A stretch of DNA of 41,857 nt from an uncultured Gammaproteobacteria bacterium. GTDB lineage: Bacteria; Patescibacteriota; Microgenomatia; UBA12405; JAHJSD01. Under the pieces are notes generated by a model that had not been told where the DNA came from, ran no database searches, and saw only the letters and a program-made list of their open reading frames with translations. Below are positions 1 through 6,669 of this stretch, in pieces. Position 1 is the first letter of the stretch; each line of letters starts with the position of its first letter. Position numbers and translations under genes: made by a program. The DNA is taken from NCBI GenBank assembly GCA_964547295.1, contig CAZJMH010000001.1:1-41857 (forward strand), read 5' to 3'.

Positions 1-210
1 TACAGTAAAAAGTCAAAAAATATTAATTTCAACTGGCGGATTGTTATGGCGCCTTTAGCGGTTATTGATTATCTGGTCGTTCACGAACTGGTTCATTCGG
101 AACAGCCGAATCATTCTAAAAAATTCTGGAATCGGGTGGAAGAAATTTTGCCGGAGTATAGAAAGTCAAGAAGGTGGTTGAAGGAAAATTGGGTAAAATT
201 GAGGGTGTGA
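1..210 (+). CDS. YgjP-like (DUF45 / M48-family) zinc metallopeptidase, C-terminal fragment; the 5' end lies outside the window
   Basis: Frame 1 is open from the window edge to TGA at 208-210. The translation YSKKSKNINFNWRIVMAPLAVIDYLVVHELVHSEQPNHSKKFWNRVEEILPEYRKSRRWLKENW contains the HExxH (HELVH) motif followed by NHSxxFW, which is typical of YgjP/DUF45 proteins. Confidence 0.7.
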   Translation, partial: YSKKSKNINFNWRIVMAPLAVIDYLVVHELVHSEQPNHSKKFWNRVEEILPEYRKSRRWLKENWVKLRV

Positions 211-347
211 CGGTGTCCTGGCTTCTTCGGGAAATGATTAAAAATCATCGGCAAGAAGTCGCCAAATATTTGGCTGAAAATAGAAATAGTTTACCAGCGG
301 TTGCTGTCAAGGAGACAGAAAATAAATTAAAAACCGGCAAAAAATAA

Positions 348-356
348 TGGTATATT
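348..356 (+). promoter_or_regulatory. Extended -10 promoter element TGGTATATT, 7 nt upstream of the ATG at 364 (possible leaderless mRNA)
   Basis: The sequence matches TGnTAnAAT/T. No Shine-Dalgarno lies between it and the ATG. Confidence 0.4.
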
Positions 357-363
357 ACTTCTT

Positions 364-696
364 ATGGCATTTGAAAGACTAAACGGATTATTATTACCTG
401 ATACAGAGGTGGAAGATAATAAATCAAGGTTAAAATTGGCGGTAAGAGAGATGATTGAGGAAATACAAAGTCCGGATGATTGCTTGAAATTAATAAGAGA
501 GGCGTCGGTAGCAATATGGGACAAAGAAATTGTTGGTTTTGAAAGAATATTAAACCAAAGTGTTTTTGCCAGGGCACTGCATTTGGCTGAAACATGGCCG
601 CGGATTTCTGATGACCAGATTTTAGATTCTATTAACAAGGGCAGAAAAAATGGAAAATCTAACCAACAACCGCCAGGGGTGAGGGGTGCGGATTAG
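364..696 (+). CDS. Hypothetical protein (110 aa)
   Basis: This is the most protein-like of three overlapping ORFs, with mixed charged and helical composition. It is preceded by an extended -10 box. Its stop overlaps the convergent GNAT stop (TTAG at 693-696). I recognised no family motif. Confidence 0.45.
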   Translation: MAFERLNGLLLPDTEVEDNKSRLKLAVREMIEEIQSPDDCLKLIREASVAIWDKEIVGFERILNQSVFARALHLAETWPRISDDQILDSINKGRKNGKSNQQPPGVRGAD

Positions 697-1022
697 ATTT
701 CGCCGGAGATGTAGCCGTCTTGGTCAACTCTTAGGCCGTTTTTCTCATAGAAAAGACGGATTTGTTTTTCTGAACAGTCAGGGTCAGTCAAAACTCTTCC
801 TTTGATTTCTGTTGCCCCATGTTCAATGGCTGATTTTTTTAATTCGCTGATTAAACGACTGCCAATTCCAGCCCGGCGGTAATTAGGATTTACCCAGATG
901 CCGCCAATTTCAAGTTTTTCTTGCCAGATAGAACCAATAGCATAACCAACATTTTTTTCTGAGCTGTCAAAAACATCTATTTTTAGAAATTCATATTCCA
1001 TATATAAGTAATTATATAACAC
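693..1022 (-). CDS. Small GNAT-family N-acetyltransferase (109 aa)
   Basis: The acetyl-CoA binding motif A region reads IWVNPNYRRAGIGSRLISELKKSAIEHGATEI (R-x-x-G-x-G), followed by LFYEKNGL. The protein is short for a GNAT because the N-terminal helices are missing. M8 (MEYEFLKI) is a possible alternative start. Confidence 0.75.
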   Translation of the reverse strand: MLYNYLYMEYEFLKIDVFDSSEKNVGYAIGSIWQEKLEIGGIWVNPNYRRAGIGSRLISELKKSAIEHGATEIKGRVLTDPDCSEKQIRLFYEKNGLRVDQDGYISGEI

Positions 1023-1119
1023 TTTAATTGGTAATCAAACGTAATTGTAAGTTTTAAGTGAGGGTGAATTTGATCCCGGCGATGATAAAAATGCCGATGA
1101 TTAAGTATAAGAATTATAT

Positions 1120-1149
1120 TTGACGAGGCAAGGAGTTATTTGATAGGAT
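1120..1149 (+). promoter_or_regulatory. Sigma70-like promoter: -35 TTGACG (1120-1125), 18-nt spacer, extended -10 TGATAGGAT (1141-1149)
   Basis: The promoter lies upstream of the repeat-protein gene. That gene also has a strong SD (AAGGGGGTG) ahead of its ATG at 1183. Confidence 0.5.
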
Positions 1150-1182
1150 TATTTTAGATGAGAAGGGGGTGAATAAAATAAA

Positions 1183-1749
1183 ATGTTGGAAAGAATAGTT
1201 CAAGCAACTACTAAAGCTGTTGTTGCTGGTGTTGTTGGTGTTGATGATATTCTTACTGCTGTTCGGACTACGATTAAGAATCAAGTTACTGGAAGTTTAG
1301 AAGATGTAACTGATATTGGCACGACTGGTATGGATTCTGTTACTGCAATTGTGTCGGGTGGAGTTAAGAGCGCAGGAAAAATTGGAGAGTCGATTACTGA
1401 AGTAACTGCCAGCACGGTAAGGGGTGCGATTAAGGGTGTTTACGAGGTTGGTGGTGATGTAACCGCTGCAGTGAAAAGTGCAGCTCGAGGTGCTATTCAA
1501 GGTGCCTCAGATATCGGAGCTGATCTTGGGAAAACTGCGGTTGGAACAGTCAGGGGGACGATAAGGGCTGCCGGAGATATTGGTCAAGATACGACTAGTG
1601 TTACTCGGGTTGCGGTTGTCGAAGTAGTTAAGGCAGCTGACGAAATTAGTGATAAAGCCGGCAAAACTGTGCGTGAAGCATTGCTTTCTACAGCAGCTTT
1701 ACCACGTGATGTAGTTGAATCAGCAATCAAAGGAACGAAAAAGAAGTAA
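1183..1749 (+). CDS. Tandem 22-residue repeat protein (188 aa), function unknown
   Basis: The gene has a strong SD and promoter. The protein parses exactly into a 16-aa head, 7 x 22-aa units (for example IKGVYEVGGDVTAAVKSAARGA / IQGASDIGADLGKTAVGTVRGT / IRAAGDIGQDTTSVTRVAVVEV) and an 18-aa Lys-rich tail. Confidence 0.7.
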   Translation: MLERIVQATTKAVVAGVVGVDDILTAVRTTIKNQVTGSLEDVTDIGTTGMDSVTAIVSGGVKSAGKIGESITEVTASTVRGAIKGVYEVGGDVTAAVKSAARGAIQGASDIGADLGKTAVGTVRGTIRAAGDIGQDTTSVTRVAVVEVVKAADEISDKAGKTVREALLSTAALPRDVVESAIKGTKKK

Positions 1750-1773
1750 ACTATGGCGGGATAGATGAGTTTT

Positions 1774-1782
1774 TGATATAAT
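1774..1782 (+). promoter_or_regulatory. Extended -10 element TGATATAAT, 5 nt upstream of the ATG at 1788 (possible leaderless mRNA)
   Basis: The sequence is a perfect TGnTATAAT. There is no SD before the ATG. Confidence 0.45.
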
Positions 1783-1787
1783 GTAAC

Positions 1788-2057
1788 ATGGTTGTTAAAG
1801 AGAGAATTAGCGACCAGAATAGAGAAACAGAGATAGTTGAGATTGAAACTAAACAAGGGGCTTTAGATGTAATTGTTAGCTCGAGGATTGGATTCTGGTC
1901 TGTTTATAACCATCAAAGAGATCTTCATCAGCTGGTTGAAAAAATGGCGGTTGAAAAAGCAGTTGAGTTGGGAGCGAGTGAAGAGCAAATTGAAGAAGCG
2001 ACACGTAGGGGAGATGCCTTGGGGATGAAGCAAAAAATTAAGTCCCGCCATTATTAG
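1788..2057 (+). CDS. Hypothetical protein (89 aa)
   Basis: The ORF has its own extended -10 box and a charged helical C-terminal half (EKMAVEKAVELGASEEQIEEATRRGD). I recognised no family. Confidence 0.45.
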   Translation: MVVKERISDQNRETEIVEIETKQGALDVIVSSRIGFWSVYNHQRDLHQLVEKMAVEKAVELGASEEQIEEATRRGDALGMKQKIKSRHY

Positions 2058-2083
2058 AAGTGAGTTTTTTGGTATGGTTATAA

Positions 2084-3253
2084 CTAGGCGATGACAACCG
2101 CTACTGGGGTGAGTTCGATGTTCATTTCGGCTAAGGTTTTTTGGTCGTCAACCACTGACTGAATATCTTTGTAAGCCCAGGGAGATTCCTCAGCAATATC
2201 GCTTTTTTTTGATTTGCCTAAAACTATTCCCCGGTCTTTAATATCTTCAATTACCTCTTGCACAGTATATTTTCTTTTTGCCTCTTTCCGGCCCATTGAT
2301 CGGCCGGCGCCGTGAGCGCAGGAGTTAAAGCTGTCCGGGTTGCCCAATCCGGTGCCGATAAAAGAACTGGTTCCCAGACTGCCGGGAACAATTACTGTTT
2401 CGCCTTTTTCTGCCCGGATAGCGCCTTTACGGTGGACCCAGACTTGTTTGCCGAAATGTTTTTCTTTGGCAGCGTAGTTGTGGTGGGCGTTAATTTGTTT
2501 TCCGAATTCAACTTCACCGACAATTTTTTCCAAACTCTGTTTGGCTTGTTCTAAAATCCGGCGCCGGTTTTTCCGGGCAAATTTCATTGCCAGGTGCATT
2601 GCTTGAATATAATTTTCGGCTTCTTTAGAATTAATATCTAAAAAGGCTAAATTTTTGTCAGGTAAGTCAATTTTCCGCTTACTGCATTGTTCTTTGGCTT
2701 TTTGGTGGAAATATTCAGCAATGGCGTAGCCGAAATGGCGTGAACCGGTATGGACCATAATTGAAACTTTATTGTCTTTGTCTTTTAATAAATCAATAAA
2801 GTGGTTGCCGCCGCCAAGTGTGCCTAATGATTTTTTTGCCCGGTCAACTTCTTTTTCTAATTTTGGCGGAAGCAATTTTTTGTCAATAAAATCAGAACCC
2901 GGCTGCGGCTGGTTGTGTATGTTAAAGCCAAGAGGGACTTGGCGCATTAACTGTCCGGTAAACTGGTGGAGTTGTTTTTTAGTTATTTGGTCAGCTGAAA
3001 GATTAGTTGAAATATAAGCCATACCGCAGCCGATATCAACGCCGACTGCATTCGGGCAGATGGCATTTTTAAGGGCGAGAACACCGCCGATCGGCATGCC
3101 GTATCCGATATGGGCGTCAGGCATTAAAGCAGTATGGTGAAAAGCATCCGGCAGATTAGACATGTTTTTTGCCTGGCGAAGACAGTCCTCGTCCAAATTT
3201 TTCGGGTCAGTAAATAGATATAATGGAACCCGTTCAGTGGTGATTATTTCCAT
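2084..3253 (-). CDS. rtcB: RNA 3'-phosphate/2',3'-cyclic-phosphate to 5'-OH ligase RtcB (389 aa)
   Basis: All hallmark RtcB motifs are present: MPDAHIGYGMPIGGV, GGGNHFIDL, HTGSRHFG, NAHHNYA, HRKGA, SCAHGAGR. Confidence 0.92.
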   Translation of the reverse strand: MEIITTERVPLYLFTDPKNLDEDCLRQAKNMSNLPDAFHHTALMPDAHIGYGMPIGGVLALKNAICPNAVGVDIGCGMAYISTNLSADQITKKQLHQFTGQLMRQVPLGFNIHNQPQPGSDFIDKKLLPPKLEKEVDRAKKSLGTLGGGNHFIDLLKDKDNKVSIMVHTGSRHFGYAIAEYFHQKAKEQCSKRKIDLPDKNLAFLDINSKEAENYIQAMHLAMKFARKNRRRILEQAKQSLEKIVGEVEFGKQINAHHNYAAKEKHFGKQVWVHRKGAIRAEKGETVIVPGSLGTSSFIGTGLGNPDSFNSCAHGAGRSMGRKEAKRKYTVQEVIEDIKDRGIVLGKSKKSDIAEESPWAYKDIQSVVDDQKTLAEMNIELTPVAVVIA

Positions 3254-3262
3254 ATCTATATT

Positions 3263-3679
3263 TTACAATAATTTTTTCTCTTCCCAAGCAGGCACACGGT
3301 TAGAAGGGCAGTAGAGATTATGAAAACGGATTAATTCTTTTATTGACGGACGTCCAGAATCAAGTTTGTCAACCAAAAATTCTATTAGGCCTATTTGGGT
3401 AAGTGCTTCTCTTTCTGGTTTTCGATAACAGTCCCTGAATCTTTCAATTAAGATTTTATTTTGATAACAAAGTTCTCCGTCAATTAACACTTCAGCCTCA
3501 ATTTGATTAATATTTTCCTCCAGAGTGCGTATTGGTTGATAAGTGCAGTTTTTAAGTTCTATTGCCGGCTGAAATGAGATGCCTACAAAAACCATTATAA
3601 ATAAAAAACCAATTCCGAGGATAAAAATTATTATGTAATCCACTAATAATAATTTAAGGCAATTAATTATAATTGTCAA
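3263..3679 (-). CDS. Hypothetical membrane-anchored protein (138 aa), immediately upstream of and probably co-transcribed with rtcB
   Basis: The N-terminus is hydrophobic (LLLVDYIIIFILGIGFLFIMVFVGI) and is followed by a soluble domain with 4 Cys. Only 9 nt separate its stop from the rtcB start. It lacks the archease HTAD-type motif. Confidence 0.55.
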   Translation of the reverse strand: MTIIINCLKLLLVDYIIIFILGIGFLFIMVFVGISFQPAIELKNCTYQPIRTLEENINQIEAEVLIDGELCYQNKILIERFRDCYRKPEREALTQIGLIEFLVDKLDSGRPSIKELIRFHNLYCPSNRVPAWEEKKLL

Positions 3680-3699
3680 TTTATAAATCCAAATTTATT

Positions 3700-3708
3700 T
3701 GATAGAAT
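3700..3708 (+). promoter_or_regulatory. Extended -10 element TGATAGAAT, 7 nt upstream of the ATG at 3716 (possible leaderless mRNA)
   Basis: The sequence matches TGnTAnAAT. There is no SD. Confidence 0.45.
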
Positions 3709-3715
3709 TATTTAG

Positions 3716-4474
3716 ATGAATAAATATCGGCAGAGGGGTAAAAATTATCGATATCAACCTGGCCAAGAAAAGCCGTTTCGGATTTCCCGGTTTAGGGCGG
3801 AGCGTTTTTTGGAATGTCCACGCTGTTTTTATCTTGACCGCCGGTTGGGGTTGGACCGGCCTAGCATGCCCGGTTGGTCGTTAAATGCGGCTGTTGACCA
3901 ACTGATGAAAAATGAATTTGATCTGCTTCGGAAAAACGGCGAAAAGCATGTTTTAATGAAAGAATACGGCATTGACGCTGTCCCTTTTGACCACCCGGAT
4001 TTAAGTGACTGGCGGGACGATAATTATCAATACAAAGGAATCTGTTATTTGCACCAGCCGACGAATCTAGAGTTGTGCGGCATTATTGACGATCTTTGGA
4101 TTAATTCTGATGATCAGCTCCATGTTGTTGACTATAAGTCAACGAGTACGTCTAAAGAAATCAGCCTGGACGATGAATACAAACAGGGCTATAAAAAACA
4201 GGTTGAGTGGTATCAATGGCTTTTCCGCTGTCACGGATTTGATGTGTCTGATACCGCTTATTTTGTTTATGCTAACGGCTTAAAAGGCGACCGGATTTTT
4301 GACGCTAAAATTGAGTTTGAAGTGGAAATTATTTCTTATCAGGGCGATGATTCCTGGGTTGAACCGACAATATATCAGATGAAGGAGTGTTTGGACAGTG
4401 AAACAATTCCTCAGCCGGATCCGGAATGTGAATATTGTAAATATCGAGAATTAATAGGTAAAGTGGGCGGGTAA
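3716..4474 (+). CDS. PD-(D/E)XK nuclease, RecB/Cas4-like, with a probable Cys4 cluster (252 aa)
   Basis: The nuclease core motifs are GIIDDL (motif II Asp), VVDYKST (D-x-K) and QVEWYQWL (QxxxY). Cysteines are arranged CPRC near the N-terminus and CEYC at the C-terminus, resembling the Fe-S staple of Cas4/AddB. No cas genes or CRISPR array are nearby. Confidence 0.75.
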   Translation: MNKYRQRGKNYRYQPGQEKPFRISRFRAERFLECPRCFYLDRRLGLDRPSMPGWSLNAAVDQLMKNEFDLLRKNGEKHVLMKEYGIDAVPFDHPDLSDWRDDNYQYKGICYLHQPTNLELCGIIDDLWINSDDQLHVVDYKSTSTSKEISLDDEYKQGYKKQVEWYQWLFRCHGFDVSDTAYFVYANGLKGDRIFDAKIEFEVEIISYQGDDSWVEPTIYQMKECLDSETIPQPDPECEYCKYRELIGKVGG

Positions 4475-4486
4475 TAAGTAATTTAG

Positions 4487-5680
4487 TTAGCGGAGAAAGA
4501 GAATTACATTGGGAAGGCTGCGGCCCGGCCCGACTTTGTAACCACCGTGCCAAAGGGCAGTCGAACCGCCATTGTCTAGATTCATTGCATTTTGCATTCC
4601 TAATGCCTTCATCACTAAAGCTGATTCAGCGACAGTAACATTGTGAACAACGCCGATATAAACTTTATTTTCTTGATTGGCGACAAAAGAACGATTACCT
4701 TTACTGCCTTTTTTCGGATCGCCGTCGCCGGAAAATACTACCTGATTATTAAAAACAAGTAGAGGGAAATTGGAAATAACTCCGTTGACTGAAGTGTCTC
4801 TTCCCCATTGGGAGGCGGAGGAGACAAATCGGATGTAATTATCACCAAAAATTACCGCCGGATTGTTGCTGTAAACATTATTGTCGGAATTAAAATATGT
4901 TTTATTTTTGTTCATCACCAGCAGGTCAAATGTGTTTGTTTTACCAGCGCATGATGGGTAATCTTCCGGGCAAAAATAGGTTCCATTGACACCGGCATAA
5001 GCACCGTTTTCAGAGACATATTCTGCTAATGATTTTACCGGGCAGTTATTGCTGCAGTCGGATTCAGCGGCAGTGTCAACAATAACCCGGGTTGATGAAA
5101 GATCAGCTGAAATAATACTGACTAAAAATGTTCCAGCCGAAGTAGTAACTTTTTGACGGGAGTAGCCGGAACCAGGTGGCGTAGAGGATTCGGGAACATC
5201 AGCCGGAATTTTTTGGACTGCAGCCGCTTGAGCGAGTTCTTGTTCAATCTTGGTAATTTGACTGTTTAATTTTTCCAAGCTGGCTGAGGCCGAGGCATAG
5301 TTGAATTCTGATATATATGACAAAGTAGCGGCGAATAATTTTTCTAGTTTTGCAGTGTCTTTAACTTTAGGTTTAAGGTCAACCATGTTTTCATAAGCAT
5401 CAACTGTGGTTTCAAAAGTGGATTCAATATTATCAATCTCAGTTTTTAATTCTTCATTTATTTTGTATTCATCGCGGTTTTTCATTTCCGTTAATTCGGA
5501 TTTTGTTTTTTCAAAAGTTTTGGTTAGTGATTTCTTTTCATTTTTCTCAGATTGAAGCTGGGATTGGAGAGTTTTTTTTGTGTTCTGGTATTTAAGGTAA
5601 AAATATATTCCACCACCGATTAAGCTGGTGATAATTAAGCTAAAAATGATTTTAAAAAAATGTCTTTTAATAAAATTCAT
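4487..5680 (-). CDS. Membrane-anchored phosphodiester glycosidase family protein (DUF2233/NAGPA-like), 397 aa
   Basis: An N-terminal TM (IIFSLIITSLIGGGIYFYL) is followed by a Lys/Glu coiled-coil stalk. The C-terminal domain carries AYAGVNGTYF and ALGMQNAMNLDNGGSTALW motifs, which are typical of the family. Confidence 0.7.
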   Translation of the reverse strand: MNFIKRHFFKIIFSLIITSLIGGGIYFYLKYQNTKKTLQSQLQSEKNEKKSLTKTFEKTKSELTEMKNRDEYKINEELKTEIDNIESTFETTVDAYENMVDLKPKVKDTAKLEKLFAATLSYISEFNYASASASLEKLNSQITKIEQELAQAAAVQKIPADVPESSTPPGSGYSRQKVTTSAGTFLVSIISADLSSTRVIVDTAAESDCSNNCPVKSLAEYVSENGAYAGVNGTYFCPEDYPSCAGKTNTFDLLVMNKNKTYFNSDNNVYSNNPAVIFGDNYIRFVSSASQWGRDTSVNGVISNFPLLVFNNQVVFSGDGDPKKGSKGNRSFVANQENKVYIGVVHNVTVAESALVMKALGMQNAMNLDNGGSTALWHGGYKVGPGRSLPNVILFLR

Positions 5681-5734
5681 AATAAAAGTATACCAGGTAA
5701 GGGGTTAACTAAATGAAGAGGGCACTGAAGCGGT

Positions 5735-5743
5735 TGTGATATT
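5735..5743 (+). promoter_or_regulatory. Extended -10 element TGTGATATT, 8 nt upstream of the ATG at 5752 (possible leaderless mRNA)
   Basis: The sequence matches TGnGATATT/TGnTAnAAT-like. There is no SD. Confidence 0.4.
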
Positions 5744-5751
5744 ATTTAATT

Positions 5752-6450
5752 ATGGAAGAGAAGAATAGCGATTTGACAAACCGTTTTTTGGATTTGTATG
5801 AGCGGTGGGCGAGATATTTAGGAGTTCGGTTTAAGACGGACAGTATGTTTCGTAATACCCGTTATTTTTGGGATGCGGAACATAAAAAAGCTCAAAAACT
5901 AGGAATTAGCGAAGGGGATATTCTAGGGTTGTTTAATTTGCGAAATGTTGGCACTCACGCGCCTTCATTTGCAGAAATCCAGCCTGCCGCAGTGGTTAAA
6001 TTGGAAAAACTTGTTTCTGCTTTTTGCCGCAAGGCAATTGACATTGCTACTCAAAAAGAACATATTTATCGTGTAGATTTGGAAGAAAAAATTGAAGATG
6101 TAATTCAAGTTATGAGCCAGCGTAAATTTACCCACGTTCCAGTTGTTGATAAAAACGAGTTTGTTGGTGTTTTTTCTGAAAATTCGCTGCTTGAGTTAAT
6201 TGCTGACGGGAAATTTGATTTAAATAAAAAAATGGTTGAAATCAATGAATATTTAACTGATATTGAAGGAGCGGATGAATATGAGTTTTTAACTGCTGAG
6301 GCTGATTTTCATGAGGTTCATTATTTGTTTAATCAGTATATTAATCGTGGGAAAAGGTTGGGAGTAATTTTTTTGACTCCTGACGGTAAACGGTCGGCAG
6401 ATTTAAAAGGGTTGATTACTGCCTGGGATCTTTATAAGGGCTCACTGTAA
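5752..6450 (+). CDS. CBS-pair (Bateman module) protein with an N-terminal HEPN-like helical domain (232 aa)
   Basis: The C-terminal ~130 aa form two CBS motifs (IEDVIQVMSQRKFTHVPVVDKNEFVGVFSENSLLELI and VHYLFNQYINRGKRLGVIFLTPDGKRSADLKGLITAWDL). The N-terminal ~95 aa look all-helical and contain LFNLRNVGTH (R64-x4-H69, nt 5941-5958), which fits the HEPN Rx4-6H signature. Confidence 0.7.
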   Translation: MEEKNSDLTNRFLDLYERWARYLGVRFKTDSMFRNTRYFWDAEHKKAQKLGISEGDILGLFNLRNVGTHAPSFAEIQPAAVVKLEKLVSAFCRKAIDIATQKEHIYRVDLEEKIEDVIQVMSQRKFTHVPVVDKNEFVGVFSENSLLELIADGKFDLNKKMVEINEYLTDIEGADEYEFLTAEADFHEVHYLFNQYINRGKRLGVIFLTPDGKRSADLKGLITAWDLYKGSL

Positions 6451-6650
6451 CTTCAGAGCAGGCATGTTTTCCGCACCACTTGTCTCTTGGTTTTATTTAA
6501 TTTTTTGGCATCAAAAATTACTCGTTCGTCTTTTCGCGCCCAAAAAATTCTAACTAAAAAAAAGTTTCAAGCAGGCCGCTCAAAGTTTTGCTCCAAAGAT
6601 ATCATGCTCCTTGTAATCAATTCGACAGTTAAGTAATAATCGTGTATTTT

Positions 6651-6659
6651 TGTTATACT
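6651..6659 (+). promoter_or_regulatory. Extended -10 element TGTTATACT upstream of alaS (ATG at 6670)
   Basis: The sequence matches TGnTATACT. The leader would be very short and no SD is visible. Confidence 0.4.
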
Positions 6660-6669
6660 ATTTAATATA

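Noticed and set aside
207-347. A possible 46-codon sORF starts at GTG 207 and overlaps the YgjP-like stop (VTVSWLLREMIKNHRQEVAKYLAENRNSLPAVAVKETENKLKTGKK).
   Set aside because: It is too short, I recognised no motif, and there is no clear SD. I cannot support it from sequence alone.
327-638. Minus-strand ORFs 327-638 and 362-595 overlap the plus-strand ORF 364-696.
   Set aside because: Their composition is low-complexity and Ser/Leu/Ile-rich, which is typical of antisense frames in AT-rich DNA. They have no promoter or SD. The plus-strand ORF has a promoter box and a more protein-like sequence.
693-1022. The GNAT could be the toxin of a TacT/AtaT-type toxin-antitoxin pair.
   Set aside because: No small upstream RHH/antitoxin ORF lies on the same strand; the upstream region 1023-1182 is a divergent promoter region. 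The protein is also a truncated mini-GNAT.
1297-1856. Minus-strand ORFs 1297-1500 and 1584-1856 lie antisense to the repeat-protein gene.
   Set aside because: They lie antisense to a gene with strong expression signals and a clear periodic protein. They are typical mirror ORFs.
2312-3017. Plus-strand ORFs 2312-2554 and 2772-3017 lie inside rtcB.
   Set aside because: They are antisense to an unambiguous RtcB coding sequence, and I recognised no motifs.
6451-6669. A T-box or other riboswitch, or a tRNA, could lie upstream of alaS.
   Set aside because: I found no T-box consensus (AGGGTGGTACCGCG-like), no specifier-loop architecture and no tRNA T-loop (GGTTCGAATCC-like) motif on either strand. 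This was only a visual scan.
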